Below are positions 1-9,412 of a DNA stretch of 32,433 nucleotides, in pieces. Under the pieces are notes generated by a model that ran no database searches, was not told the origin of the DNA, and saw only the letters and a program-made list of their open reading frames with translations. The translations under genes and the position numbers were made by a program. This stretch comes from a virus. Its lineage: Duplodnaviria; Caudoviricetes. Location of the stretch: positions 1 to 32,433 of IMG/VR virus record IMGVR_UViG_3300017785_008744; one strand, given 5' to 3'. Positions within the stretch are counted from its first letter, which is position 1. Each line of letters opens with the position of its first letter.

Positions 1-51
1 ATACTGAATATTCTGCCAAAGAAAAATAATACCTTTTATAGAGGACATGAT

Positions 52-345
52 ATGAAGAAAATTATTTTTACATTGTTAGCATTATTTCCTACAATGACAT
101 ATGCCCAAGACAAAAATGATTGTGTGGATGCTGTTACAGTACACAAGGGCATGGCAGAACAATACGGCGAGAAACCGTTCGTTGATCTTAATGAAAAAGG
201 TGTCAGACAATTAATAATATATGCTAACATGACTACTGGTACCTGGACTGTGTTTGCTTTTAATCCGCAACAAAATCAGCTCTGTGCTATCACTGCAGGA
301 ACGGGGTTTAAACCTGCAGAGAGCAGATTTGATCCTAAACTTTAA
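52..345 (+). CDS. Secreted hypothetical protein (signal peptide, two Cys); only plausible plus-strand gene in the window
   Basis: GAGGA SD at 41-45; MKKIIFTLLALFPTMTYA signal peptide; C...YGE...TGTWT...C..G pattern resembling a small alphaproteobacterial/phage family; ends before a bidirectional terminator. Confidence 0.75.
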   Translation: MKKIIFTLLALFPTMTYAQDKNDCVDAVTVHKGMAEQYGEKPFVDLNEKGVRQLIIYANMTTGTWTVFAFNPQQNQLCAITAGTGFKPAESRFDPKL

Positions 346-410
346 TTTTTTGAAGGTGCGACAAGTACGGAAACCATATTCGGTACTGGCTAACTAATAT
401 TTTTCAACAC

Positions 411-445
411 AAAAAAGCCTCTATTTACTAGATAGAGGCTTTTTT
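411..445. terminator. Bidirectional intrinsic terminator
   Basis: Perfect 14-bp inverted repeat AAAAAAGCCTCTAT-ttactag-ATAGAGGCTTTTTT between convergent genes. Confidence 0.9.
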
Positions 446-459
446 ATTATGTATTGATA

Positions 460-1095
460 TCAGAAACTGAGCTTATAACCAACTGTGGCGGCATCAGTTG
501 ATGCTTCGAAGTCAGAATCATAAGAACGAGCCAACTTAACAAATATAGCGTTTGTCTTGTTGAGTGCGAAAGTCGCACCAGTGCTCAACTGATGTGATTC
601 CCAGTCATTTGCATCATCGATAGCATTACGGTAACGATAACCGATAGCATTCAACGTGAGGTTGTCTGCTAGCTTATAGTCAGCACCTGAGCTGAGTGTG
701 TAGTACGGATAGTTTGCACCATTTGTGAAACGCTCACCGATAGAAGCACCGACCTTTGCAGTGATACCTGCAAACAACGGGATCTTATATCCTACAGTCG
801 CTTCAATTGTCTGCTTCAATGCACCTTCGTCAGCAGCCTGTGAAGTGCCTACAGCAGCTCCAACTGAAAAACCTCCACCAAGGCTACGATCTACACCCAA
901 CGAATATGTGGTTGCAGTAGATGCATCATATTCGTTTGGAGCAAACTCATAACCATAACCTGCAGTGATAGTCGTATCAGAAGAAACAACTACTTCCTTT
1001 ACAGGAGGAAGTGGTGCAGCCTTTGATGGAAGATCACCTGCATATGCAGTAGTTGCCATCAACAGAGCAGCAGTAGTAAAAGTAAACTTATTCAT
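460..1095 (-). CDS. Outer-membrane beta-barrel protein (porin-like)
   Basis: Signal peptide ending AYA, then GDLPSKAAP; alternating amphipathic beta strands; C-terminal YKLSF beta-signal; GGAGA SD. Confidence 0.8.
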   Translation of the reverse strand: MNKFTFTTAALLMATTAYAGDLPSKAAPLPPVKEVVVSSDTTITAGYGYEFAPNEYDASTATTYSLGVDRSLGGGFSVGAAVGTSQAADEGALKQTIEATVGYKIPLFAGITAKVGASIGERFTNGANYPYYTLSSGADYKLADNLTLNAIGYRYRNAIDDANDWESHQLSTGATFALNKTNAIFVKLARSYDSDFEASTDAATVGYKLSF

Positions 1096-1178
1096 TTAGT
1101 TCTCCGTATTTTAGTTGTTAGGACTTTGAGTCCGATTGCACGCTTATGAGCTTCAATTTCTCAAAACGTATCGTAAAT

Positions 1179-1841
1179 TTATTTTAGTAATATTTCCAAA
1201 GCTTTGTTTTCAAATTGATTACGTTTCATAACGAAAGTTTGAGGTATTTTTTCGTTGTCTACTGCAATAATGATGACAATTTGAGGAATTTTTATATCAT
1301 AATGTTTTTCAAACATCAATGAATAAATTGTCGATTGTAAAAAATAATTTTCGATCCACTCAGCTTTTTTTAGTTTTGTAGAAGTTTTAAAATCAACAAT
1401 AGAGGGAATACCATTATATTCAGCTACAAGGTCAGTTTTTCCTGCACACCCTAATATTTTTGAATATAATGGTAGCTCTATTCCAAAAATGTTATCTACA
1501 TGATTATCTAAAACTTGTTTAATCGGTTGAAATGACTCTATGTTAACAGGCATTTCATTTAGATAAAAATTTTCTTCATTAAGAACATATCTCTCAGCAA
1601 TTTGATGTATTGCCGTACCCCTACGGGCAGCTTGTGTCGAAATCTTCCTAGCTTTCTCCTCGCCTACCTTGGCACGCCATTCTAATAATGCAGTTTTATC
1701 TAGTTTCTCAGAAAGAATAGTTGTTACTGATTTTAGTTTGGTTAGTCCATCAGGTAATACATAATAACGTTGTCCATCTATTGTTTCGGTTATCAATTTA
1801 TCAAATGGCACCAAATTATAATTAAAAGTTTTACGAAACAA
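1179..1841 (-). CDS. PD-(D/E)xK exonuclease (T4-like/cyanophage type)
   Basis: SVTTIL, RGTAIH, E..LYS, GKTD, IVDFKTS, Q..Y motifs; typical position next to phoH. Confidence 0.85.
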   Translation of the reverse strand: MFRKTFNYNLVPFDKLITETIDGQRYYVLPDGLTKLKSVTTILSEKLDKTALLEWRAKVGEEKARKISTQAARRGTAIHQIAERYVLNEENFYLNEMPVNIESFQPIKQVLDNHVDNIFGIELPLYSKILGCAGKTDLVAEYNGIPSIVDFKTSTKLKKAEWIENYFLQSTIYSLMFEKHYDIKIPQIVIIIAVDNEKIPQTFVMKRNQFENKALEILLK

Positions 1842-2568
1842 TTTTTAATTTATCTTTCTGAATAATATAATCTTTTACAATAGAAGAACGTACGATATCA
1901 TTTTCGTTAAAATCTATAAACGAAAAAGATTTCATTTTATTGATAATTTTCATAAAATCAACTAATCCATTTTTTTCATGCTCTTTGGTAAAATCAGATT
2001 GTCTAAAATCTCCAGAAAAAATAATTTTACAATTTTTTCCAACACGAGTTATAACAGAATCTAGTTCATGTAATGTCATATTGGCAATTTCATCAACAAT
2101 AATTATGCAATTGTTAAGAGTTATGCCACGTATAAAAGAAGTAGAAATAAAATCTACAAGACCTTTTTGTTTAAGAATTTCATAAGCATCACCTCTTCCA
2201 AACAATTCACTACAAATTGCATAGTAAGGTGCTTCATAAACTTTAGTTTTTTCTTTACTGTTTCCAGGAAGAAATCCCATATCTCTAGTAGGGACTACAC
2301 TTCTTACTATTATAATTTTATTGTAATTTTTATTTTCATTCATTATTTCATTGAGTGCAAGATAAACAGAAATAAAACTTTTACCCGTTCCAGCAATACC
2401 ATGCAGCATTAAATTTTTGCCGTTATGATATTGTTCAAAGGAGATTTTTTGATTTTCTGTCAAAGGTTCTATTTTTTTTATCTTAAATGGAATTTTTTGA
2501 TTATCTAATTCTCCCATTTTATTTTGACGAAGTAATCTTCTTTGTTTTCTTGTTGTTTTTTCTTCCAT
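1831..2568 (-). CDS. phoH: PhoH-family ATPase
   Basis: GIAGTGKS Walker A; MGFLPG; FIRGITL; IVDE; GDFRQSD; DIVRS. Confidence 0.95.
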   Translation of the reverse strand: MEEKTTRKQRRLLRQNKMGELDNQKIPFKIKKIEPLTENQKISFEQYHNGKNLMLHGIAGTGKSFISVYLALNEIMNENKNYNKIIIVRSVVPTRDMGFLPGNSKEKTKVYEAPYYAICSELFGRGDAYEILKQKGLVDFISTSFIRGITLNNCIIIVDEIANMTLHELDSVITRVGKNCKIIFSGDFRQSDFTKEHEKNGLVDFMKIINKMKSFSFIDFNENDIVRSSIVKDYIIQKDKLKIVS

Positions 2569-2584
2569 TACTTGCCTTGTTAAA

Positions 2585-2827
2585 TTAATGTGTGTTAATA
2601 GTGCTCCCTTTAATACCCTTAGAATTGTTGCTTTTCATTTCTTTGAGTAAATCTCTAAAACCATCTTCTGGTTTATTCAACCCTCTACCGGAGTGAATCA
2701 TTGGAGCACCATTTACCAATTGTGTTAAATGTAAATTATCTATCAAATATTTATCTAATGAAGAAATAGTCATAAATTCATCAAATTCTTCTCCTGTATT
2801 ATTATTTAAAAATTTGTAGGTGGGCAT
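2585..2827 (-). CDS. Conserved T4-like hypothetical protein (FmdB-like N-terminus lacking the Cys residues)
   Basis: MPTYKF.N..TGEEF pattern; tightly packed in the operon. Confidence 0.6.
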   Translation of the reverse strand: MPTYKFLNNNTGEEFDEFMTISSLDKYLIDNLHLTQLVNGAPMIHSGRGLNKPEDGFRDLLKEMKSNNSKGIKGSTINTH

Positions 2828-2830
2828 TTA

Positions 2831-3055
2831 TTATCTTTCTTGAAAAAAATCATTATAAATTTCCATATTTTCTATATTATTATATTCTTCAAATTCACTA
2901 TCAGTTAAAATTGATATGTCTTTTGTTTTTAAAGCTTTTTCCACCAATTTATTTTGTTTTTTTTCTAGATAACGACTTCGACTGTTGTAGTTATCTTCTT
3001 CTTCATCATTCCAATAATCAGTTTTATTGAATTTTTTAAAAGATGACTTACTCAT
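2831..3055 (-). CDS. Hypothetical protein
   Basis: In-operon ORF with a highly charged sequence. Confidence 0.55.
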   Translation of the reverse strand: MSKSSFKKFNKTDYWNDEEEDNYNSRSRYLEKKQNKLVEKALKTKDISILTDSEFEEYNNIENMEIYNDFFQER

Positions 3056-3080
3056 GTATTAAATGGATACCTCTATTAGT

Positions 3081-3494
3081 TTATGCGATTAAATCAGGCA
3101 ATGCATCTTTAACATGCCCAACTGTTATTCCTTTAATTGGCTTTTTGTCTTTTGTGTTTATAAGAAGTTCAGCATCAGCTGGAGCCAATCTTTCCAAAAA
3201 CTGAACAAACATTATCTCTCTTTTATTTTGTGAAAGATTAGGATGAAATCCTTCTACAAAATATCTGATATGGGAAGCTTCCCTGTGTAAAACCATTTCT
3301 TGGTCAAAAAGTTCATTTGGCTTATAAGGCGGTGAACCTGCAGGGAGCAAAAATTTTACATTCGGGTCATATGCTGCTTGCAAAATAATTCTAAGAGCAA
3401 ATGTGTCATTTGCTTTTAACATATCAATTTTCTCTTGGGTTCTTTTAAATTTTCCTACTTTTGTGAGGAATTCTGCCATTCCAACTACCATCAA
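3081..3494 (-). CDS. Conserved T4-like hypothetical protein
   Basis: LP.G.PPY and KRE..F.Q.LE.L...DAELL...KDK pattern typical of the gene next to rnh; overlaps the rnh stop. Confidence 0.7.
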   Translation of the reverse strand: MMVVGMAEFLTKVGKFKRTQEKIDMLKANDTFALRIILQAAYDPNVKFLLPAGSPPYKPNELFDQEMVLHREASHIRYFVEGFHPNLSQNKREIMFVQFLERLAPADAELLINTKDKKPIKGITVGHVKDALPDLIA

Positions 3495-4345
3495 AATTCT
3501 CCAATATGTTCAGTTAAATTGCGAAGTTTATTAGCAACAAAGTAATTCATCAACTTTGAACGATCCTTGTTTGCCTGTAAATTGTATGAATCCATCACCT
3601 TTTCCTTAATCTGATCAGGAATATAATTTAAATCTATCAATTGAACATTACGAAAATAATTTTTTGCGATTACTGTTTCCATTTCATTAGGATTCATTCG
3701 CAAATATTTCTCCATTTTTTTAGCAGTTAGTGGACGTTGACGTTCTCCAACAACGAATGTATTATCATCTGACAAAATATTAGGAACACCGTCACTACTG
3801 TCACCTTTCATGATATGTTCTTTAAGAAATACTTCAGGGTTGTTGTGTGACACCCATTTTTTACGAGTAGGATCGTACTGTTTGATATTTCCATAAGTTT
3901 GAAGTTGAATGAAGTCTTTATCACCAGACAAAATAAGGATCGGTTCACCACCAATTTCACTGCCGAAATTTTTGACAAGTGTTCCTATAATATCATCAGC
4001 CTCTGCCATTTCAATATCGATAACTCTATAAGGAAAATACTCTTTAAGTTCTGCACGAATTTTATTCATGCATTCGAAAATAGCTTTCCAATCCATATCG
4101 GACTTTTCTTGATTTTTTTTACGATTTGCCTTATAATAAGGAAAAATTTGTTTACGCCAATAATTGGTGTTGTCACAAGCAATAACCATCTCACCAAAAT
4201 CTAAGCCAAATTTTACTTTATAAGAACGAAGAGAATTAAGGATCATATGCCTTACCATGTTCTCTTCTATTTGAGCATTTGTATGGTTACCTAACTGCAT
4301 TAAAAGATTAGACAACATAACTTGATTTAAATCTACAATAATCAC
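3491..4345 (-). CDS. rnh: T4-type RNase H (5'-3' exonuclease)
   Basis: IVDLNQ, WRK..FP.YKANR, EADDIIG, SGDKDF.QL, GDSSDGVPN motifs. Confidence 0.95.
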   Translation of the reverse strand: MIIVDLNQVMLSNLLMQLGNHTNAQIEENMVRHMILNSLRSYKVKFGLDFGEMVIACDNTNYWRKQIFPYYKANRKKNQEKSDMDWKAIFECMNKIRAELKEYFPYRVIDIEMAEADDIIGTLVKNFGSEIGGEPILILSGDKDFIQLQTYGNIKQYDPTRKKWVSHNNPEVFLKEHIMKGDSSDGVPNILSDDNTFVVGERQRPLTAKKMEKYLRMNPNEMETVIAKNYFRNVQLIDLNYIPDQIKEKVMDSYNLQANKDRSKLMNYFVANKLRNLTEHIGEF

Positions 4346-4354
4346 GAACTCACC

Positions 4355-4729
4355 TTATTCACTCTCATCTATTTTACGAAATGTTATATTTAAAGAATCT
4401 ACAACTTTAAGTTCAGAAACATCATCAGTTTCCAAAGTAAATATTTTGTCACTTAAATCTTGAAAAGGATGATATATTCCATAATGGCGACAAAGTATCG
4501 CTCTAATTGATTCAATAACAAAAGCACCTTCTTTCAAAGAGTTTTCACTACCATCATCAAAAGACGAAAATCCAGCTAAGTCTAATTGAGTAAATAGCAT
4601 TGGAGCTATATTTGAAATTGTTTCTTGTATATGAAATTGTTTTACCATTTCAAGATTTTCAGTAATTTTCTGTAAATCTATTGGTCCTTTATATTCTTTA
4701 GGAAATGAAATCACATTGTTTTGATGCAT
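4355..4729 (-). CDS. Hypothetical protein
   Basis: AGGT SD; NVISFP N-terminus common in T4-like phage ORFs; lies downstream of a sigma70 promoter. Confidence 0.65.
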   Translation of the reverse strand: MHQNNVISFPKEYKGPIDLQKITENLEMVKQFHIQETISNIAPMLFTQLDLAGFSSFDDGSENSLKEGAFVIESIRAILCRHYGIYHPFQDLSDKIFTLETDDVSELKVVDSLNITFRKIDESE

Positions 4730-4747
4730 AATATTTACCTTAATTTA

Positions 4748-4776
4748 AGTATAGCTTATTATCGAAATAAAGTCAA
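4748..4776 (-). promoter_or_regulatory. Sigma70-type early promoter
   Basis: TTGACT-17 nt-TATACT on the minus strand. Confidence 0.8.
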
Positions 4777-4791
4777 TAATATTTATCATTT

Positions 4792-5376
4792 TTATAACTT
4801 TAATTTTGCATCATTGGTTGCATTATCAATTCTAATCGACTGAGCAATAGAATGCATTATGATTTGATGAGCATCTTCAATTACTCCATAATTATCACTT
4901 TTAACATGAATGCAAATATCAGCTATATCTTTTGCCTTTCCTCCATCAAATCCTACCATTGCTATCGAAACTATATTTCTTTTTTTTGCTGAATGAAGAG
5001 CATTAATGATATTAGGAGAATTACCACTAGAAGAAATTACTAAAACAACAAAATTTTGTAAAGGACAAGAATTTATTTGATAACTAAAAATTTGTTCATA
5101 ACCAATATCATTTGCTATTGCTGAACAAAGAGAAACATTTGATTGGAGAGAAATTATAAAAGGAAAAAGATTTGTATCAGTAATTATACCTTTTGTGTGG
5201 TCGCATGACATATGTTCCGCAATAGCAGCTGAACCACCATTACCACAAACAAAAACAGGATAACCAAATCTAGCCATCTGTGAAAGTTTTTTTTCAACAA
5301 TATTAATAGATTCTTGATCAACTGAATCTAGAGCTTTAATAAGCATTTCTTTATAGTCATTATAATATTTATTCAT
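4792..5376 (-). CDS. gmhA: Phosphoheptose (sedoheptulose-7-phosphate) isomerase, SIS domain
   Basis: CGNGGSAA.A.H; AIANDIGYE.IF; ISSSGNSPN; GFDGG; IED.H. Confidence 0.9.
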   Translation of the reverse strand: MNKYYNDYKEMLIKALDSVDQESINIVEKKLSQMARFGYPVFVCGNGGSAAIAEHMSCDHTKGIITDTNLFPFIISLQSNVSLCSAIANDIGYEQIFSYQINSCPLQNFVVLVISSSGNSPNIINALHSAKKRNIVSIAMVGFDGGKAKDIADICIHVKSDNYGVIEDAHQIIMHSIAQSIRIDNATNDAKLKL

Positions 5377-6350
5377 GAAACCATCTCCACAGTGCTTCCT
5401 TTATGATCAAAATTAATATTAAATTTTTCATAATTTTTAAGTGCACTTGCTACATTATATTGTTTTTTTTCTGGGACATATAACATCAAATAACCACCAC
5501 CGCCAGCACCTAGTATTTTTCCACCAAGAGCACCAGCGTTCATTGCATCTTCATACATTGTGTTAATTTGATCATTTGATACATTGCTAGATAGTTTCTT
5601 TTTAATTTGCCAAGATTGATCTAACAAAGCTCCGAAATCATCAAGTTTATTTTTTTCTAAAAACTTTATAGCTTGTTTTGCACATTCTACAATTTTTTTA
5701 GTATCGTCAACATTAATGTTAGTTTTTAGATTTTCTAATTGCTCAGTTAAAACCGATGAAGCCATGCGACGAATGCCCGTGTCAAATATCATTAATCTTC
5801 TATTTAAATCCATAGCACATGCAAACGTAATATCAACTGGTGTTATTTCAACTTTATTTTTATTAAAATAATATGCATTTAGACCACCATACGATGCAGC
5901 ATATTGATCTTGTTTTCCTATTGGTTGATCACATTTATTGATTTCGATATAACAAGCTAATTCAGCCAATATGTTTTTTGGTATTGGTTTTCCAATTTTG
6001 ATATTATAAATCGCATTTATCAACCCAACAGTAAATGTCGATGAAGAACCTAATCCTGTTCCTTTAGTTGGTACATCTGAAAAACTGCATATTTCGATAT
6101 TTGAATTTATATTGTAGTGTTTTAAAATTTCTCTTACACGATCGTGTTTTATTTCGTCAACACTTTTTTCTAATTCAAGTTCAGAATAAACAACTTTTAA
6201 ATGTTTTGCGACACAATCATTTACCGCAAGGTAAATGTAACTGTCAATCGTTGTTGATACACAAAGTCCTTCGTTTTGTTCATAAAATTGAGGAATATCA
6301 CTTCCGCCACCAAAGAAACTTATCCTTAGTGGTGTCTTTGTAACGATCAT
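5373..6350 (-). CDS. hddA: D-glycero-alpha-D-manno-heptose-7-phosphate kinase (GHMP family)
   Basis: TPLRISFFGGGSD; GTGLGSSS; GKQDQY; GGKILGAGGGG. Confidence 0.88.
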   Translation of the reverse strand: MIVTKTPLRISFFGGGSDIPQFYEQNEGLCVSTTIDSYIYLAVNDCVAKHLKVVYSELELEKSVDEIKHDRVREILKHYNINSNIEICSFSDVPTKGTGLGSSSTFTVGLINAIYNIKIGKPIPKNILAELACYIEINKCDQPIGKQDQYAASYGGLNAYYFNKNKVEITPVDITFACAMDLNRRLMIFDTGIRRMASSVLTEQLENLKTNINVDDTKKIVECAKQAIKFLEKNKLDDFGALLDQSWQIKKKLSSNVSNDQINTMYEDAMNAGALGGKILGAGGGGYLMLYVPEKKQYNVASALKNYEKFNINFDHKGSTVEMVS

Positions 6351-7324
6351 AATTTTTCTCTAACGTTTAATATCCATTTATTATTTTCTAACCATTGTAA
6401 AGTTCTTAAAATAGTTTCTTTAATAGTATAATTAGGTCGCCATCCTAATTTTTGTAATTTAGAGATGTCAAGATCGTTTATTTTGCTGTCTCCAATCCAA
6501 CCAATTTCATTACCAGACCAAATAATTTTAGGTTCAATTTCCATAAAATTTGTTATTATAGGAATAGATTGGGTAAGATTGTAGGTTTCTGTATTTCCGA
6601 TATTAAAGATGTTAATTTTTTCATTTGTTTTTTCGGTAATTGTTAACATTGCATTAACACAATCTTCAACGTCAAGGTATGTTTTTCTTTGTTCTTTACC
6701 ACCATGAACATACAATTCATGTGGATTTTTCTTTAATTCTGTATAAAAATTATAGATAAATCCATGAGAATATCTTGGGCCAGTTATAGAGGCATATCTA
6801 AAAACCCAAGCTTGTGTGTCATAAGCTGCGCAATGCGCTTGAATCAGTGCTTCGCCAGCAAGTTTTGATGCACCATAAAAAGATGTTTGGATAAAGTTAC
6901 AATTCTCAGGAGTCGGTACCTTATCAACAATTCCATAAATTGCTGATGTAGATGAATATGCAATTTTTTTGATGTTCTTTTCTTTAATGAACCGAAGAAC
7001 ATTATAGGTGGCAATGATACCATCATTTATGTCTTTATCAGGATAAACAGAACTAAATCTCACATCGGCGTTTGCTGCTAAATGATATACCAGCTCAATT
7101 GGTTCATCTCCAATTAAAGTTGATAATTCTATATCAGCAAATTGTTTTGAAAGATCTATATTATGAAGCTTAAACTCAAGATGTTTGGTTAACTCTTCAA
7201 TAGCGTGGTCGTGTCTTGCAACCACTCTATCGAAACCAATAACACGATGTCCTTCACGAAGCAACCTTAACGCAAGATTGCTGCCAATGAATCCACATAC
7301 ACCAGTAATCACATATGTTTTCAT
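6347..7324 (-). CDS. NAD-dependent nucleotide-sugar epimerase/dehydratase (extended SDR)
   Basis: TGVCGFIGS; HLAA; SSTSAIYG; YGASK catalytic YxxxK. Confidence 0.92.
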   Translation of the reverse strand: MKTYVITGVCGFIGSNLALRLLREGHRVIGFDRVVARHDHAIEELTKHLEFKLHNIDLSKQFADIELSTLIGDEPIELVYHLAANADVRFSSVYPDKDINDGIIATYNVLRFIKEKNIKKIAYSSTSAIYGIVDKVPTPENCNFIQTSFYGASKLAGEALIQAHCAAYDTQAWVFRYASITGPRYSHGFIYNFYTELKKNPHELYVHGGKEQRKTYLDVEDCVNAMLTITEKTNEKINIFNIGNTETYNLTQSIPIITNFMEIEPKIIWSGNEIGWIGDSKINDLDISKLQKLGWRPNYTIKETILRTLQWLENNKWILNVREKL

Positions 7325-7332
7325 TTTAAATT

Positions 7333-8397
7333 TTAATTTGTGTTATAAACAAAATATTTCTTTGCAAGTGAACGTGATTCAATCGTTGGATATTGCTCAT
7401 TAAGTTCTTCAAGAATCTTAATCCACTTACTGTAAACATAATCAGTATTATATCTGCGTTGAATATATTCACGATTAAATTTTAAATCTTGTACATGAAT
7501 ATCATTATTTTTTCTAACATCTTCAATAGCCTTTTTTAAATAATTTTGATGTATTTGGGCATGTTTAGAATGATCACTAGTTCCACCATACATATATTTA
7601 TTTATCGCACCAGAAGTATCTGTTAATGCAGCTAAATCTGGATGAACGCAAACTAACCCATAATACATCGCTTCAAGCAAAGCTCTACACATAGTTTCTG
7701 GCCAAATATTTGGATAAGCAAAAATATGATAATCTTTTTCCATAGTAACAATTAGATCTTCATGTTTTGTGAACCCATGATATGTAATTTGTGGATGGTT
7801 TTTACAAATATCAAATAATTGGCGGTATTGTTCATCGCGGTCAGCCCATCCATACATCTTAAACGATGAGTGTACATGAAGGTGAATATTCTTATCTTCT
7901 TCAGCGAGCTTTACAAATACAGGAACCAAAAGCTCAAGACCACGATGCGGTGTTGTGTGATAAGAAATGTTTACAACCTTATTTGGGTCTGGTTTCTTTG
8001 GTAGATTGGGGCTCTTGTGGAATGGTTCAATACAATGCATGCCGCCTTCAATTACGCAACTATTTTTATCGTAAGGAACTCCTAAAGTCATAATAAATGT
8101 TTGATAATGCCAATTTGAAAGGAAAACATTTTTATGTATATTGTTTCTGATTTTTTCATCTTCAAAAGGTTTTCTACTTTCTGGATCATTTGGTAAATTA
8201 TGTTCAAACCAAATACGAATTTTATCCTCTTTTAACTCTCTAAATCTACTTGGAATAATTTGAACATTTTCAAGTAAATGACGAGGAATATTTCCGTTAT
8301 AAAGAAACCTCATATACATTTCTGTTCCACCAGCTGCATTTGAATTTGAGATCTCATTAGTTTCCATCAAATCAAAATTATCTTTAAGCTCAGTCAT
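7333..8397 (-). CDS. GT-B glycosyltransferase (GT4-like)
   Basis: GGTE N-terminal motif; TPHRGL; YP..WPETMCRALLEAM (Ex7E-like). Confidence 0.85.
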   Translation of the reverse strand: MTELKDNFDLMETNEISNSNAAGGTEMYMRFLYNGNIPRHLLENVQIIPSRFRELKEDKIRIWFEHNLPNDPESRKPFEDEKIRNNIHKNVFLSNWHYQTFIMTLGVPYDKNSCVIEGGMHCIEPFHKSPNLPKKPDPNKVVNISYHTTPHRGLELLVPVFVKLAEEDKNIHLHVHSSFKMYGWADRDEQYRQLFDICKNHPQITYHGFTKHEDLIVTMEKDYHIFAYPNIWPETMCRALLEAMYYGLVCVHPDLAALTDTSGAINKYMYGGTSDHSKHAQIHQNYLKKAIEDVRKNNDIHVQDLKFNREYIQRRYNTDYVYSKWIKILEELNEQYPTIESRSLAKKYFVYNTN

Positions 8398-8812
8398 TAT
8401 TTAACTCCATTTTTGCAATTCTTTTTCTCAATTCACTTGAACTAAAATTATGATAACGATTTAAATAAATTATTTCTATTCCTTTAGTTTGACAAAATTC
8501 GTCGCCTGTAAATCTTTTACCAACATAATCAGTCCCGAGAAATCTAACATCAATTTTGTTTGTTGCTAGAAGATTTAAAAGATCTTTTTCTGTATCATAT
8601 GGAATTACATCATCAACCCAAGTGCAATTTTTAAGTTGAACATATCTTTCGTAAATTGTTTGAGTTGGTTTGTTTTTTTCTGGACGACTAGTGGTAGGAT
8701 CAGTTTGTAATCCTACCACTAAATAATCACAATAATTTTTTGCATCACGTAATAATATATTATGCCCTGCATGAAATAAGTCGAAAGTGCCACACGTGAA
8801 ACCAATTTTCAT
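8390..8812 (-). CDS. HIGH-family nucleotidyltransferase (TagD/HldC-like cytidylyltransferase)
   Basis: GTFDLFHAGH; YER; G.DY; SSS.LR. Confidence 0.9.
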   Translation of the reverse strand: MKIGFTCGTFDLFHAGHNILLRDAKNYCDYLVVGLQTDPTTSRPEKNKPTQTIYERYVQLKNCTWVDDVIPYDTEKDLLNLLATNKIDVRFLGTDYVGKRFTGDEFCQTKGIEIIYLNRYHNFSSSELRKRIAKMELNND

Positions 8813-8814
8813 TA

Positions 8815-9168
8815 TTAAACCTGTCTTGTAACGTAAAGTTCTTTTTCGCTTTTTGTATTAAAAAATTCTCGAACAGTCTGTATAACTACATCTTTATCAA
8901 AAGGTTTGCAGCTAAATACATCCAAGTAAAAAGTGTCACTGTCATTATTAAAATGACAACAAATATTACTTGTTTCGATTAATTGCATTAGAGTATAACC
9001 TTCTTTATTACCTGATCCAAAGTGCACAATCTGTGGTTCACCATAAGCAACCATATCAATACGTTTAACTAGGTCTTTTGAAAAATTATAGATATTATCT
9101 TTACTAGTTATTGAATCATGATCTGCACCAGCACAGTCAAGCATTAAATGATACCCCCAATAATTCAT
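8815..9168 (-). CDS. speD: S-adenosylmethionine decarboxylase proenzyme
   Basis: G.HL.LD; LIETSNICCH (self-cleavage Ser); DVFSCK. Confidence 0.85.
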   Translation of the reverse strand: MNYWGYHLMLDCAGADHDSITSKDNIYNFSKDLVKRIDMVAYGEPQIVHFGSGNKEGYTLMQLIETSNICCHFNNDSDTFYLDVFSCKPFDKDVVIQTVREFFNTKSEKELYVTRQV

Positions 9169-9233
9169 TTCATTTATTCTCCTTTATAATTGTTGTAAAT
9201 ACGTTATGTTTAATTTCACAAACCAATATTCTG

Positions 9234-9377
9234 TTATTGGACTGAATTGGCATCATATTTTATAGGATCGGGTAATTTTTCGTTAATATTAGATATTTGA
9301 TAATTACCTACTATAACGATAATTGCTATCAATGCTAAACTGAAAATAGCAAAAAAAACTTTATCTGTAAATTTCAT
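9234..9377 (-). CDS. Small single-TM membrane protein
   Basis: Hydrophobic stretch VFFAIFSLALIAIIVIVG; start probably at MKFTD. Confidence 0.5.
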   Translation of the reverse strand: MKFTDKVFFAIFSLALIAIIVIVGNYQISNINEKLPDPIKYDANSVQ

Positions 9378-9412
9378 TTGTAATTCTTTCGTAATTATTA
9401 AAAAATTATAAC

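Noticed and set aside
346-400. Short AGTAC/GTACT pairing after the plus-strand gene
   Set aside because: Only about 5 bp, compatible with chance
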